From Octopus sinensis (lineage: Eukaryota), in the NCBI RefSeq assembly GCF_006345805.1, contig NC_043016.1, positions 23,188,001-23,252,000 on the forward strand: a stretch of DNA of 64,000 nucleotides. Direction: 5' to 3'. Positions within the stretch are counted from its first letter, which is position 1; each line of letters opens with the position of its first letter. Positions 1 through 13,200 of the stretch are shown in pieces. The notes beneath the pieces were generated by a model. That model was not told the DNA's origin. It worked only from the letters and a program-made list of their open reading frames with translations, and did not search any database. A program made the position numbers and the translations under genes.

Positions 1-158
1 AAATATTCTACCTGTTTTATGTTCAAATAGGCCAGATCTGGCTTCTCACACCTACCCTACAATGTCATTGTAAAAAATAAACAATCGCATTATTGAAATT
101 TTGAAGCTACAAGATAACAGCTGCATTTGAGAGAATAATCTGAATGCTAATGGGTTAA
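1..158. mobile_element. Partial piggyBac-type MITE
   Basis: Ends in gctaatgggTTAA and is homologous to 56902-57126 and, in reverse, to 55685-55912. Confidence 0.6.
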
Positions 159-484
159 ATTTTAATCCATATATGGGAAAGAAGTGCTAGTTATTAAATC
201 CCAGATAACAAATAGTAATAACATTCTAATTCGTGGTCAGTTTTTGTCTGCATGTGAATACTTCTTTCTTTTTTTTATTCTTTCTCTCTCTCTCATATGA
301 TAAATAAAGCAACTACTTCCCTTCAGCTGACTTTATTGATGGCAGCAGTTGTTATCTATAAAATATATTCATAATATTCTTAATTCATGTGCACTAACCA
401 AAGCAATTACTGTTTTTATTGACCAGTTGTTAATTTGCTTAAAATCTATCAAATTTTTTATTTCACCATTTCTTTTTGTTTCAG

Positions 485-549
485 GACCTAATCGTGTATG
501 TGACTTAGAAGATAAAGTATTTCAATTAACAAACATGGGATTTGAAGAG
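485..549 (+). CDS. UBE2K: Ubiquitin-conjugating enzyme E2 K (E2-25K/HIP2), penultimate coding exon: (G)PNRVCDLEDKVFQLTNMGFEE
   Basis: Acceptor ttctttttgtttcag, donor GAG|gttaga; 65 nt, phase 1 to 0. The peptide carries the UBA MGF motif and parallels human GAPVSSPEYTKKIENLCAMGFDR (recalled). It joins in frame to 3911-3982. Confidence 0.9.
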
Positions 550-629
550 GTTAGAATTATTATTTTATTCAATTCCAATTTTTTGCTTCCATCGCTTGCA
601 CTTTCAGTCATTTGCTGATATAGAACAAG

Positions 630-1885
630 GGCTTGATTGGGGCTGGTAAGCTGGAAGGCTGCACCAGACATTAGTCTGATTTGGCATGGTTTCTATGACT
701 GGATTCTCTTTCTAATGCCAACCACTCTGAGAGTGTAATGGGTGCTTTTATGTGTCACCAGCATGGGTGCCATTTGCATGACTTAATGCCAAAGGTCTCG
801 GTTATTACCTCTGTGAGACCCAACACCGAAAAGGAGCTCAGATACTTTGCTTCTGTGAGGCCCAACATTTGAAAAGTGCTGCCACGACTTCCATTTCACT
901 TGACTTGACTGGTCTTCTCAAGCACAGCATATTGCCAAAGATCTTGGTTACTAGTCATTGGCTCTGTGAGGCTCAAACTTTGAAGTTCATACTTCCCCAC
1001 CTTGTCCCATGTCTTCCTGGGTCTACCTCTACCACAGGTTCCCTTCACAGTTAGAGATCGGCAGTTCTTTACACAGCTGTCCCCGTCCATACGCATCACA
1101 TGACCATACCAGTACAGTCGTTTCCCTTGCACACCACATCTGATACCTCTTATCCCTAACTTTTTTGTCAAGATGCTTACACTGTCAAACATGCACACTG
1201 ACATTGCACATCCAGCGAAGCATGCTGGCTTAATTTCTTTCAAGCCTATGCATGTCCTCAGCTGTCACAGCCCATGTTTCACTGCCATGTAGCATAGCTG
1301 TTTGCACACAGGCATCATACAATTTGCCTTTCACTCTGAGAGAGAGGCCTTTTGTTTCCAGCAGAGGTAGGAGCTCTCCGAACTTTGCCCAGCCTAATCT
1401 TATTCTCACAGTTACACCCTCAGAGCGTCCAGTTCTGCTGCTATCTTGGTTACCTAGATAACAAGCTATCTATTACCTCTAGCTTGGAGTCTATTTTCTG
1501 TACATTTTTGGTGTTTAATGTACCTATGCATCTTCTACATAGAAAAGCTATTTTCTCTGTTAACCTTCCTATAATATTGCAGCTTTTATGTGTCCAAAGC
1601 TTACACCAGGTACATCTTATGGAGTTTCAACCTATGCCTTTTCTACAGATTGACAGGGCCATCAACCTGAAGGGATTTGTGATTTGTCTGCCTTCCTGTT
1701 TACTAAGACTTTGGTTTTTGCTAGGTTAACTCTAAGGCCCATCGATTCTAGACCTTGCATCCATACCTGAAACCTTTACCTTTGTAGCAGTTGACTATGG
1801 TGCTGCTACACCAATCACTGGGTATGAGTCCTTCGTGAACCACCTGATTTACACTACAGGTGACTAGGCCATAACCTACACTGCC
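630..1885 (-). mobile_element. Degraded RTE-clade LINE, 3' part, inside the UBE2K intron
   Basis: Minus ORF 896-1243 (RLYWYGHVMRMDGDSCVK...GRGRPRKTW) is a typical RTE ORF C-terminus and is homologous to 29665-32390. Confidence 0.85.
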
Positions 1886-2924
1886 AGATACAATGTGATG
1901 TAATTTTACTAGTTTTTCATTGACATAGAAGACAGTGTTGTAGAAGAAGTAAAGAAAAAATTTTATCAGCCACAGTATTTGACTGGTTCTTTATTTCCTT
2001 TCTGGTTTTTATAAGTACAGGCATATCTGTGTGCTTAAGAAATTTCTGAACCACATGGTCAAGTGTTTTCTACTATAGCCCCACTCTGACCAGAGCCTTG
2101 TGAATGAATTTAGTAGATGGAAACTGAAGGAATTTTGTTGTGTATATATGTGTGTGTGTGTGTTTGTACCTCCTGGTCTTGACATTGTTTGATAATTGTA
2201 AACAAGTGTCACCATCGTACAAGCAGTGTTATTTTCATTTTCATTCTTCCATCAGTATATGTCCAGTTGTGGGGAAATATTACTGTTTGGAAATAAGTAA
2301 GGGTTGGCAACATGTAGGGCATCCAGCCATAGAAAATCTACCTCAACAAATTCAGTCTGACTATACAGGCGTGGAAAAGTGGACATTAAAATGGTCACAA
2401 TAATCCTAAAAGGGTAAATGTCACAAGCTGACTGCACTGGTATTCATATGAAAATTCTATTGACCTGTCTGTCTGGTTTTCATTCATCCAAGTGTGTAGT
2501 CATTTACTACCATACTTGTCATTGGTTCAATAGACACAGTTTTATAATATTTCTATTTTCAAGATAGTTTTATAAAACTGATCTAAGCAAATCTTATAAA
2601 AGATATTAGTTTCTAAGAAGATGGTATATTATATGAATATATATGCCTTGTTTTTGTAAATTTGATTTTAATGCATAGTTCTTCAGTAGGAAGTCATATG
2701 ATGTAGTTGTTACTTAACCTACTCCTCATAATTGTAATTTTTGACCCTTCATCAATTGTGTTAATATGTATCAGCTTCACCAGGCTCTCATGGTGGCCTA
2801 GAGTTAAATGTTAACTTGTATATTTTAGCATAATTTTCATATTGTACAGCATACTTTCAAAATAAATGTTGTGTTTTAGTGGCCCCTGTTTCTTTTCATT
2901 AGTGTTTTCAATGCATCAATATCA

Positions 2925-3370
2925 CCTCCACTAACATCATTTAATGTCTGTTTTCCATGCTGGCATGTGTTGGATGTTTTGACGGGAGCTGGTTTGCCAG
3001 AAAACCACACCAGCATGGTTTTTATGGCTGGATCATCATCATCATCGTTTAACGTCCGTTCTCCATGCTAGCATGGGTTGGATGGTTCAACTGGGGTCTG
3101 GGAACCCAGAAGGCTGCACCAGGCTCCAGTCTTATCTGGCAGTTTTTCTACAGCCGGATGCCCTTCCTAATGCCAACCACTCGTTGAGTGTAGTGGGTGC
3201 TTTTTACGTGCCACCTGCACAGGTGCCAGGCGAGGCTGGCAACGGCCACGGTCGGATTGGTGTATTTTATGTGCCACCGGCACGGAAGCCAGTCGAGGCG
3301 GCGCTGGCATCGGCCATGAGTCGGGTAGTGCTTTTTACGTACCACCAGACCAGGGATCCTGGCTGGTTCA
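2925..3370 (-). mobile_element. RTE LINE 3' tail fragments with (GAT)n tail
   Basis: catcatcatcgtttaacgtcc...gcccttcctaatgccaaccac block that recurs many times in the window. Confidence 0.8.
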
Positions 3371-3910
3371 ATTAAAATCAACCACCTTGCAGAGTGAACT
3401 GAACATCGTCATTATCATTTTAACATTCACTTTTCCATGCTTGGAAGTGGTGTATGAAATTTGTTGCAGTGGATCTTTTGTAGTGGGATACAACATTGCT
3501 TATATGATAATGACACTTCTTTACAACTATCGCATGTCATGGCAAGGAGACAGTAACACGTGCACATACATACAGACTTCTTTCTGTTTCCGCCTACCAA
3601 ATCCACTCAAGGCTTTGATTGGCCCAGAGCTTTGATAGAAGATGCTTGCTTAAAGTGCCACATAGTAAGACTGAACCTGGAACATGATTGGAAAGCAAAC
3701 TTGTTACCACATAGCCGCACAGTATTTCTTTTCCTGCACAGTATCATTTGAATAGTTTGAAAAGGGTTAGGGATAGCATTGATGCAGAGCTAGGATGTTT
3801 TTAATATTTTTGTCTGCCATGACCATTTCTTTGTTACATGTATAATAAATAATAAATGTGACTTAAACTCCAAGACGCTAATTGTATTTTTAAAAATTTT
3901 TTTGTTCCAG

Positions 3911-3982
3911 GACCAAGCCCGAGTAGCCTTATCCTCACATGACTGGGACACACCCCAAGCAACAGACTTTTTACTAAACTAA
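3911..3982 (+). CDS. UBE2K: UBE2K terminal coding exon: DQARVALSSHDWDTPQATDFLLN*
   Basis: Strong acceptor aattttttgttccag; phase 0; TAA at 3980-3982. Parallels human NAVIVALSSKSWDVETATELLLSN* (recalled), the UBA C-terminal helices. Confidence 0.92.
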   Translation, partial: DQARVALSSHDWDTPQATDFLLN

Positions 3983-4013
3983 TGGTTTTGCTACTTGTTT
4001 ATAGAGAGCCATT

Positions 4014-4045
<32 letters not shown>

Positions 4046-4268
4046 ACTCTCTCCCATATATAAATAATATTTACATGCATATACATACATACATACATGT
4101 ATATGTGTGTGTGTGTGTGCATGTAATTTCCCTTCCTTTCCCAGCCTCTCTCTGCAACCTGCTGGTTCATCTGGTGAGAATTGTGTGGTTGCGTGCGTGT
4201 TTGTGTCTGTAAATGGATGCTAGTTTTTTTGGGTTTTTTTCCTGGTTAGAAATTGTTTTACCGTGGGG

Positions 4269-4754
4269 AATAAATGAATATGAACTGTTTCACTTGGATG
4301 AATCTGGGGCGTAGAGCAAGGGTTGTCTTTGGGTGGGGGATGTGTACATGTTTTTAACATGGATAGGATTTGTGATGATTGTATTTTAAAAAGAAATTAA
4401 CAAATTAAATGATGATTTTAAAAGAAATGGATGTCTATGTATAATGCGTGAATGTGTACTACAAATTTATTCAGTTAACCTTTTCAGTCCATTGAATGCC
4501 CCTCCCCCCAAAATTGTTATTGCACCAGGATTGTTAAAAAAGGATTTAAAAAAAAAACGTAAAAAAAATTTAACAAAAGCTTAAAAAACAAACAAACAAA
4601 AATTTTAATAAAATGTAACTTGGAGACAACACACCCCTGACCCCCTGGAAAAAACAAAAAAACAAAAAACCCATTACATCACATGCTTTAATAACAATGT
4701 TTTTAACCAAAGTTAAACCAAGTTCAGATTTGGTAGCAATTTAATGCTAATAAA
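4269..4754 (+). promoter_or_regulatory. Candidate UBE2K polyadenylation signals (AATAAA at 4269, 4607, 4749)
   Basis: Three AATAAA hexamers 0.3-0.8 kb after the stop codon in U-rich context. Which one is used cannot be seen. Confidence 0.45.
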
Positions 4755-5093
4755 AGAAAGAGACATTGAAATCTTCAAATGCAATTCATCCTTTTTCTCT
4801 TAATGTTCTTTTAACATTTTTTTTACCCCTAATATAATTGCTCTTAATTACCATTTTGAATATTGATTTTGATATTTTTGTTTTTAAACGTGTAATAATA
4901 TTATTTTTCCTATATTTTACTAACACTCCCCTACTCAGTATGTCATAATCATATTAACTAAATGATAATGTAACTAGTAATACTACTACTGCTGCTGCTA
5001 CTACTACTACTACTATTACTACTACTGTTGCTACTGTTTGACACTTGGAGTTTTGAAAAACATACTGATGTTAAGTAGTGTGATTTTCTGGTT

Positions 5094-5099
<6 letters not shown>

Positions 5100-5144
<45 letters not shown>

Positions 5145-5158
5145 TGTGTGTGTGTGTG
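5100..5158. repeat. (TG)n microsatellite
   Basis: Seen directly. Confidence 0.95.
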
Positions 5159-5252
5159 TAGAACAAAATAAGCAAAACATGGTTGTGGTATCCAGAGCTT
5201 TATAGGACATGCATGTATTTCAGCAAAATGCTGAAATAATTATATAACAGTA

Positions 5253-5756
5253 TATAAGGGTGAGTCAAAAAGTAATGCCATTTTATTTAGGACAGGTATA
5301 ATTACCAACACAGGAACATGTATCATACATCAAAATGAAGCTGGTCCTCTGTGGATCACATTCCTACTTCTCAACATGTTCCACCTTCAAATGAGAGCAT
5401 GTATCCCTGCCCCGTAAAATTCTGTTGACTGTTCTTTGAGCCACTTTTCACTTCCTCATCACTGGACTATCATCTCTTTGGTCCCATGAAAGAGGGTTTG
5501 AGAGGCAAACATTATTCCAGTGAAAAACTGTAGTGAAGAAGTGGCTCAAAGAACAGTCAACAGAATTTTCAGGGCAAAGATATATGCTCTCATTCGAAGG
5601 TGGAACATTGCTATTGAGAGAAACGGTGACTATGTTAAGAAGTAGGGATGTGATCCACAGAGGACCAGCTTCATTTTGATGTATGATACATATTCTTGTG
5701 TTGGTAATTATACCTGTCCTAAACAAAATGGCATTACTTTTTGACTCACCCTCATA
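5253..5756. mobile_element. Mariner-derived fold-back MITE with about 200-bp inverted arms
   Basis: TA at both ends; termini TAAGGGTGAGTCAAAAAGTAATGCC / reverse complement. The + strand encodes a decayed mariner C-terminus, DYHLFGPMKEGLRGKHYSS...KKWLKEQSTEF...RWNIAIERNGDYVKK*. Confidence 0.9.
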
Positions 5757-7199
5757 GAAACATTATGCAACAATCTGTGTTGAAGTTCTCGATATATATA
5801 CTTTTTCCTCATTATGCAAATGATTGAACCTGGCTTGTCACATAAATAGCAGACAAAGCATCACATCAAGGAAGTCCAAACAATTACCACACCTCTTTCA
5901 AAACCAATGGCTGTATATTCTACAGTAATACAAAATACTATAATATGCTCTTGAGAGGGAAGGTTATAAAGATAGCATTAAGAATCCTTGTAGTATTAGG
6001 GATGAGATTGTTAGGCACTATAGTACCCCCCCCCCCAATGCAGATCAGCTCTTGCTGCCAACCCCAATAGGATGGTGGGGGTTGCCTACTCAACACTGTG
6101 ACAGTCAGATGTCTAGGAGGGTGGCATAGTCCATCAGGTCCCACTGGAATCCTAGACCTGTCCGTTATGGAATAGTTGGGTCAATGGTCTCTGGGCCTAT
6201 TTCTATATGAGGTGCAGCCCCCAGAACTAAGCCTGCTGGATGATCGATCAAGGATCTCTTCCCACTCCCTAGGGGATGGGTATGACCCACCCTAAGGATA
6301 AGAGGAGAAGGAAGGAGTAGGTGATATGGTGTTGCCTGCTCTTTCTCCTTGAATGTCAGAATGAACATCCTATAGATCTTTGTAATTGCCTTCCTATCAT
6401 ATGATAGATACCTTAGTGTCTTTAACAGAAGTACCATTAAGCTGTCCTTCTCTACTACTCTTCATGTGGAAAGTATTATAACCACCTCTAAAAGAGCAAA
6501 GGCTGCTAAGAATTTTGTACACACTGATTTTGGTGGAATGTTGACTTCTGGGGCTGTTCTTGAAGTGGAATCAGACATTCCATCAGATTGGCACTCAGAG
6601 AATTCCTCTGATTTGGGTGAATGTGGACACTTTACTTTGGCAGGTTCCCTCCACCAACAACTGAACCCCTGCCCCTTTTGCCCAGTTGTAGCTGCCTGAC
6701 CCCTGCAACTGTCCTCCTACGAGGGCAATGCATACATAGAATGTAATATATAAATGTGAGGTGGTTATACATAATAGCAGTAAGTTTTACATAGGGACCG
6801 TTATTCATCTCATGAAACAACACTCCTCCAATCTGAGACTTAGGCACTCTACCTCATTAGCCAAATCTGACCATATGTTAAACAATAATATAGAGTTAGT
6901 TATGACATGTACTGGTCGGGATTGGAGTATGTGGTACCTTACCAGGGAGGTAGGTGGCTGTGTAGGTTATGCACCAGGAAAGGGTTAGAAATTATTTGGG
7001 CAATGGTAAGGGCATCCTTAATAAATGTAATAAAATAGGGTTCTGATGCTATCGGTTGAGAAAGAACCTGGACCATGATGTGCTGTTGTACACCAAAAAA
7101 CCCCCACTACACCCTAACATGAGTGGGTGTCCAACCACTTATATGTTGATTTCAACTCCTTTCATTTACTGTTTGGGCCTCTCATCTCTTTCTGCCTTT

Positions 7200-7705
7200 C
7201 TGAGTATATCATATATATAATCTTTTACTTGTTTCACCACCACCTAGAAGGGCTTCTAGTTGAACAAATTGACCCCAGGACTTTTTTTTCAAAGCCAAGT
7301 ACTTATTCTATTGCTAGGTTATGAGGATGTAAACACACCAACAGCAGTTGTCAAGTGGCGATGGGGACAGATTCTTGTTTCAGTCTTTTGACTGGCCATG
7401 CCGGAGCATTGTCCTAAAAGGTTTTGGTTGAAGAAATCGACCTCAGGACTTATTTTTAAGCCTAGTACTTATTCTATCAGTCTCTTTTGCTGAAATGCTA
7501 AGTTATGGTGATGTAAACGCACCAACACTAGTTGTCAAGCTGTGATGGGGGTACAAATATACACACACACAAACATCAAATACCCTCACAAGGCTTTAGT
7601 CAGCCTGAGGCTATAGTAGAAGACACTTGCCCAAGGTGCCGTGCAGTGGGACTGAACTCAGAACCATGTGGTTGGGAAGCAAGCTTATTATCACACAGCC
7701 TTGCC
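7200..7705 (-). mobile_element. SINE family A copies (tRNA head, CORE-like middle; resembles octopus OR2-type SINE)
   Basis: Homologous to the near-consensus copies at 18291-18669 and 56403-56779. The family name is from memory. Confidence 0.75.
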
Positions 7706-7809
7706 TGCATCTATATATACACACACAGACACACACACATACACAAACATGATGGGGTTTCTTTAAGTTTCCTATTTCTTTACTGCCCACAAGGGGACAA
7801 ACAAGGACA

Positions 7810-7985
7810 GGCAAGGGGATGAAGTCAATTACATCAATCCAAGTGCGTAACTGGTACTTAATTTATCAACCCCAAAAGGACGAAAGGTCAAGTCGAACTT
7901 AGTGGAATTTGAACTCAGAACATAAAGGCAGACGAAATACCGTTAAGCATTTCGCCCAATGTGCTAACGTTTCTGCCAGCTTTAA
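7810..7985 (-). mobile_element. SINE family D fragment (tRNA head; Meta/Deu-like central domain)
   Basis: actggtacttaatttatcaacccc...ggaatttgaactcagaac block, also at 39525-39680, 60225-60390 and 63760-63900. Confidence 0.65.
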
Positions 7986-8499
7986 GTTTCCGTCTACTAA
8001 ACGCACTCACAAAGCTTTGGTCAGCCCAAGGTGCCATGCAGTGAGACTGAGCCCAGAACAGTTGGGAAGCAAACTTCTTGCCACACAGCCACATCTGCAC
8101 CTGTATATACCTTTCCCCCTTATTTTGCTTATGTTGATAATAGCGCCTTATGCGTTTGTGTGTTAATGCGTGTGTTTTTTTTTTTTTGCAAATGTGTGTA
8201 AATGTGCATGTGGTTATGTGTGTATTTACATGTATATTTGTATGCACTCACCTTTTGTGTATATTTTTCATGTATATGCATATATATGGTTCTGTTTGCA
8301 TAGGCATGATGGTCGTCCACTTGTGACCGAAGAAGACCATTACTGACCTTCAGGAACATTATGCGCTCTAAGACTAACTTATATTTTGCATTTGCGGCTC
8401 CATATACATATGTATACATGCACAATATTATGTATTTTTTATTTTACTCATTTATGTTTTTAGGTATTTTTTTTTATGTGTGTGTATGTGTACATACAT

Positions 8500-9320
8500 A
8501 CATGTATGCATACATACACACATCTGTCCAACCCATTCCCGCATGGAAAACAGACATTAAAGGATGATGGTGATGTGTGTGTGTGTATACATACATACAC
8601 ACATGTATGTTTATGTGTATGCGCCTGGGTTTTACCAGTCACTGCATACCTCCCCACCCTTCCCAACACTTTGTATTTATGTGAAGTTTCTACTTCCCTA
8701 CTCATGCACCTTGGCAATACTCTACCAGTTATATTCTGATCCTTGTTCCTTGTGAGCATGTCCAGGTGCTTCACCATCTATCTCCTGCTCTCTTGCACTC
8801 TCCCTCTGACTGGTTAACCATGTATCTCCACTACAGCAACACAGCTATTACTAGCCTCAATCTAGATCACTGCTCACTCTCTTTCTCACCAGGTAATCAT
8901 GTATCTCCTCTACAGCATGACACCTATTTCTGTCTCACTATAACCTTTCATCCTCTGATATGAAATCACCTCCTCCAATGCCCCCTCCCCTCTTAATGGA
9001 TCTTTGTCTTGCAAGTTACTTGGTGACTCTGCCAGTGCTTGTGCCACGTAAAAAGCCTCCAGTCCACACTGTAAAGTGGTTGGTGTTTAGAAGATCGTCC
9101 AGCTGTAAAAAAAACCATACCAAAACTTACCTCACCTGTGCCACGTTAAAAGCACTGTGTCCACTCTGTGGAGTGGTTGGTTTCAGGAAGGGCATCCAAT
9201 CATAAAAACCATGCCAAAACCGACCATGAAGTGTGGTGCAGTTTTCTGCTTGCCAGCTCCTGTCAAACCGTCCGACCTATGCCAGCATGGAAAGCAGATG
9301 TTAAATGATGATGGTGATTA
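8500..9320. mobile_element. RTE-related 3'UTR composite fragments
   Basis: 8650-8900 matches the reverse complement of 33600-33900; both ends carry (GAT)n RTE tail motifs. Confidence 0.6.
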
Positions 9321-9680
9321 TATATATATATATATATATATAATTTGTAAATGTATAATTACGTATGTATATGTGAGTATGTATATATACCAGTGCATAG
9401 GTGTACTGTTTCTACTTATATGTATGTATGGACGCATATTATCTAGATATGTATGTTGGTGTGTATATGTTCTTGTCAGTGTATGCATGTGCTGACTATG
9501 TATAATATATGTAAGTTTGAGTGTGTGTGTGTGTGAATTTTGCACTTGAGTCTGTTTGTTCATGCTTTTATGTCCTTTGTATCAGACATGTATTTATTTA
9601 TTTCTGTTTGCTCCTAACTGATTTACGACCTGACATCTTGCTATCAGTTACTCTACCTTCTTTTGATAATTCTATTAGCT

Positions 9681-9682
<2 letters not shown>

Positions 9683-9719
<37 letters not shown>
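9683..9719. repeat. (CT)n microsatellite
   Basis: Seen directly. Confidence 0.95.
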
Positions 9720-9722
<3 letters not shown>

Positions 9723-10218
9723 CAAAGAGGCATAGGTGTGGTTTGAACTTCCTTGGTGTGATTCTTTGTTTGCTATTTATTTAACTTGCAAGGTTTAATC
9801 AGTTGCCTGGCAAGAAAAAGGTATATATATATATATATATATATATTTGGTGCTTCAACATAGATTGTGTTTATGGTGGAACACTGATGATGGAAATTGC
9901 ATGAGAGTATAATGTTTCTACATTGTTATGTAGTTATCTCAGCATTTTGGTGAAATACGTGTAATCCCATAAAGCTTTGACTACAATGCCTGTTTTCTGT
10001 GTCCTCCCCACTCCTATTTTTTTTTTTTTTTTGGCTCATACTTCACATTCTAGCGTATCCTGAGTTTGATGCCATGTATCTTTCCATACTGGATAATAGA
10101 ATGAATTGTGAAGTTCACTGCTGAGCCTGAATGTGGTTGATATAGCACTTTACTGTGCCTCCTTTTTTGATGTGTAATCTGAGTTATGTTAAGAAGTGAT
10201 GCATGATATCAGAATATA

Positions 10219-10270
<52 letters not shown>

Positions 10271-13200
10271 TACACACACACATGCGTATGTATATGATGA
10301 GTGTTTATAAAGGACATAGGGGTCTCAGTACAAAGTGATGTTTGTCTCTGCTTGAAAATGAGAACTTCGCACTGCTAACACAAAGGGAAGGCACACCATT
10401 GACTTGTAAGCCTTTAATATACTTGGTAGTATATTATGGTTGCAAAATGAAATACTGTGTCCTTGCTAGCAATTAATAAGGTGATGTGTATATTTTATTA
10501 GAAGGTAAAGCTTCTTGAATTGTACGTAGGTTTCACTTTGCTGGTTATTCAAATAATTGAAGACAAGCAGCACAACAGTAAACAATATATGAGCAATAAT
10601 ATTTAGAACCACATGAAGCTTTGATTGGTTGCTGAAAACATCCATTAGATGAAATGTGAGACAGAGAGATGTATTTTCATCTCTTTGGTGTCATATGTGA
10701 AAGAAAACAGTTTGGTTTTGGATGTCTAATTGCAACAGAAGAACTGGAATTGTCTGAGTCTGACTGTAACATTTGAGCAAAAGAGTAAGCCTTTTCTTTC
10801 TTTTTTTTTTAATCGAATAACTTTCAAGATATTTTGCACAAAGTTTTAACAATTTAAAACTAATAAATACAATCATTAATTTTCTTGCCAATCCCGAACA
10901 CTGATTAATAAATCTTGCTACAATGAAATAAATGCTGTCAGTAAAAATGTTTTGCATTCCATCATTTTCAACATCACTTCAGTCGCTTCTCTTCCCTTAA
11001 GGAATAGTGTGCCTGTCAACTGGACCTTTAATATCAAAAGTAAGCTCTTTTGTGACTTAATGCAGTTTGACATAGCACTATCCGTCTATAACCAAATCTC
11101 TTCCTCAGAATGCTTTAGGAATTTAGTAGAGGGTTTTATTCCAATTAATAAGTCTAATATGAATCTTATTGTGGACATTAGGAAATCTTTGCTATTACAC
11201 AAGTTTTTACAGGGTTAAATGTGAAGAACTATTTCATAAATAAATGCAGTTTGTATATTTTGAACTCACTTTGGAAGTGATTCTACATTACATAGTTCAG
11301 TTTTAACCATGATAATAGAATATTCATTTTGTGATATATAAATGACCAGACAACAGATACTGTTAGGAAGGAATTCATCAACACTTTCATACAGATGTTA
11401 AAATTACAGCTATACAAATCCATGTACAGTTAATTTCTTAGGTACAACTTTAGATTTAGTTATCTGTAAATACTGCTTGTATAGTAAAGTGGATGTTAAA
11501 ATATAAACATTATGAATTCCTATAATATCTTCCAGTGATTCTAAAAAATATAAATAACATCAGTAAGGACTTATCCTCTCGTAATCCTTTGTTCATGCAT
11601 GATTGTTAGTACTGTAATGCATTAAAAGAAAAGCTTCACAGTTAGTTTACATTATATATTGAAGAATATAAATGGAAAAAAAAGGGGGTGGGCAAAAGAT
11701 TTTAGGACACACTCCTCTCTATAGTTTAAAAATTTGTTCTACTATTTGAATTTTCCTGAATTTTATAAATATTTCTCCTATGACTGTATGTCTTCAATAA
11801 AATAACATTTAGGTGAGTGCCAATTGCTCCAAAAATTTTTGTTAGTTTCATAGTTAGTAAAAGCATGAAGCCTCTCTGGTATGAACAAACAAACAAACTC
11901 TTCTTTGCATAATTGCAACAACCCTAATATTTGTCCCCTCAATGGTATGTGACTTTTCTAAAGCATGAATTTATTAAGCTAAGGTCTCACTTGCAGTTTA
12001 CAGTAAAACAAAACAGGCTTACTGATAATAAAGAAAATGAATTTTTAGAACCTGTGAACACTCAGCTACTCAGAAAGATGCTTTACCTCTTCACTGTCCA
12101 AACATATCTTTGTACAGTTAACCAATCATATGTTATATATTTGAATAGTTTTGCTTATATGTTGACATGCTGCCAACCTTTTTCAGTTGTTTAAACAATT
12201 CAGAATCATGAAACTTAGTTTGGATTCAAGAAGCTTCAGCTCCTAATAAAATGTATATTCTCTGACCATCATCAGATGCCCTTTATTTCTAACACAAGCT
12301 TTGTATATTCTTTATTCTTTTATTCACAAATTTGGCAATATATAAAACTCCTTCAATAACATCTTACTGGAGTCTGTCCAATCTGCTTGTTTGTATTTAA
12401 ATTAACATTTTGATTGAAATTGTTACATGAATACTAACATAAATGACCAGGTTTTTTTTTTTTTTTTTGTTTCTAAGCAACATTTTAATATAAATAAATA
12501 AAAATGTTAGTTATTTTACTAAAACCACTCCAGTCTATTCTTGTTGGAATTATGGCTGTAAAAATGTTTTGCTGTCATTGACACAAGCCATATTGTGCTA
12601 TGGATTTTTTTTTTCTGTTGTTCCCCTCCCCTCCCCCTTTCTACTTGTTTGAGATTTCCATGTTTGCACCAAATATGTTTTGCTGTTCTTGACTTTTAGA
12701 AAATTTTGATCAGAAAAAAAAAAAAAAGTTCTATTTTGATTTTAGGATTTCCTCTCATTTCCTCCTCCTTCTTAAGATGTACTAAATTCAACTTGCTAAT
12801 TTTTGAAGAAATGTTGATAAACAAGAGGCCAGTTCCACCACCATCAAGTGAATCTCTTACTTTTACATCACAATCATCTTCTCCATAGAGAAGTCAGCCA
12901 GAAAATTGGAAATCCAAATTGGATGAGCTAAGATGGAACATTTGTTTTTAAAATGCATTCAGAAAGGTTATGCTTCACAAAACAATCATCTGTACTGGAT
13001 TTGAGAACATCAAATTTGACATTGTTTTGCTATTGTACAATGTTAGAAATGAAAGCTTTTAGTTTGAACCTAGCAGGACATGTCAATGTGTGAAAATAGA
13101 GCTTTTTCGCAAAAAGATATCGGAGAATATACCAAATACAAACATAGTGTATGAAATAGAAGCAGAAAGGATGAACTTAGTATGTTAAACACAAACAATC

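Noticed and set aside
10952-11218. 88-aa ORF (and antisense 10691-10957)
   Set aside because: No recognised homology, no convincing splice sites, both strands similarly open; consistent with chance in AT-rich DNA.
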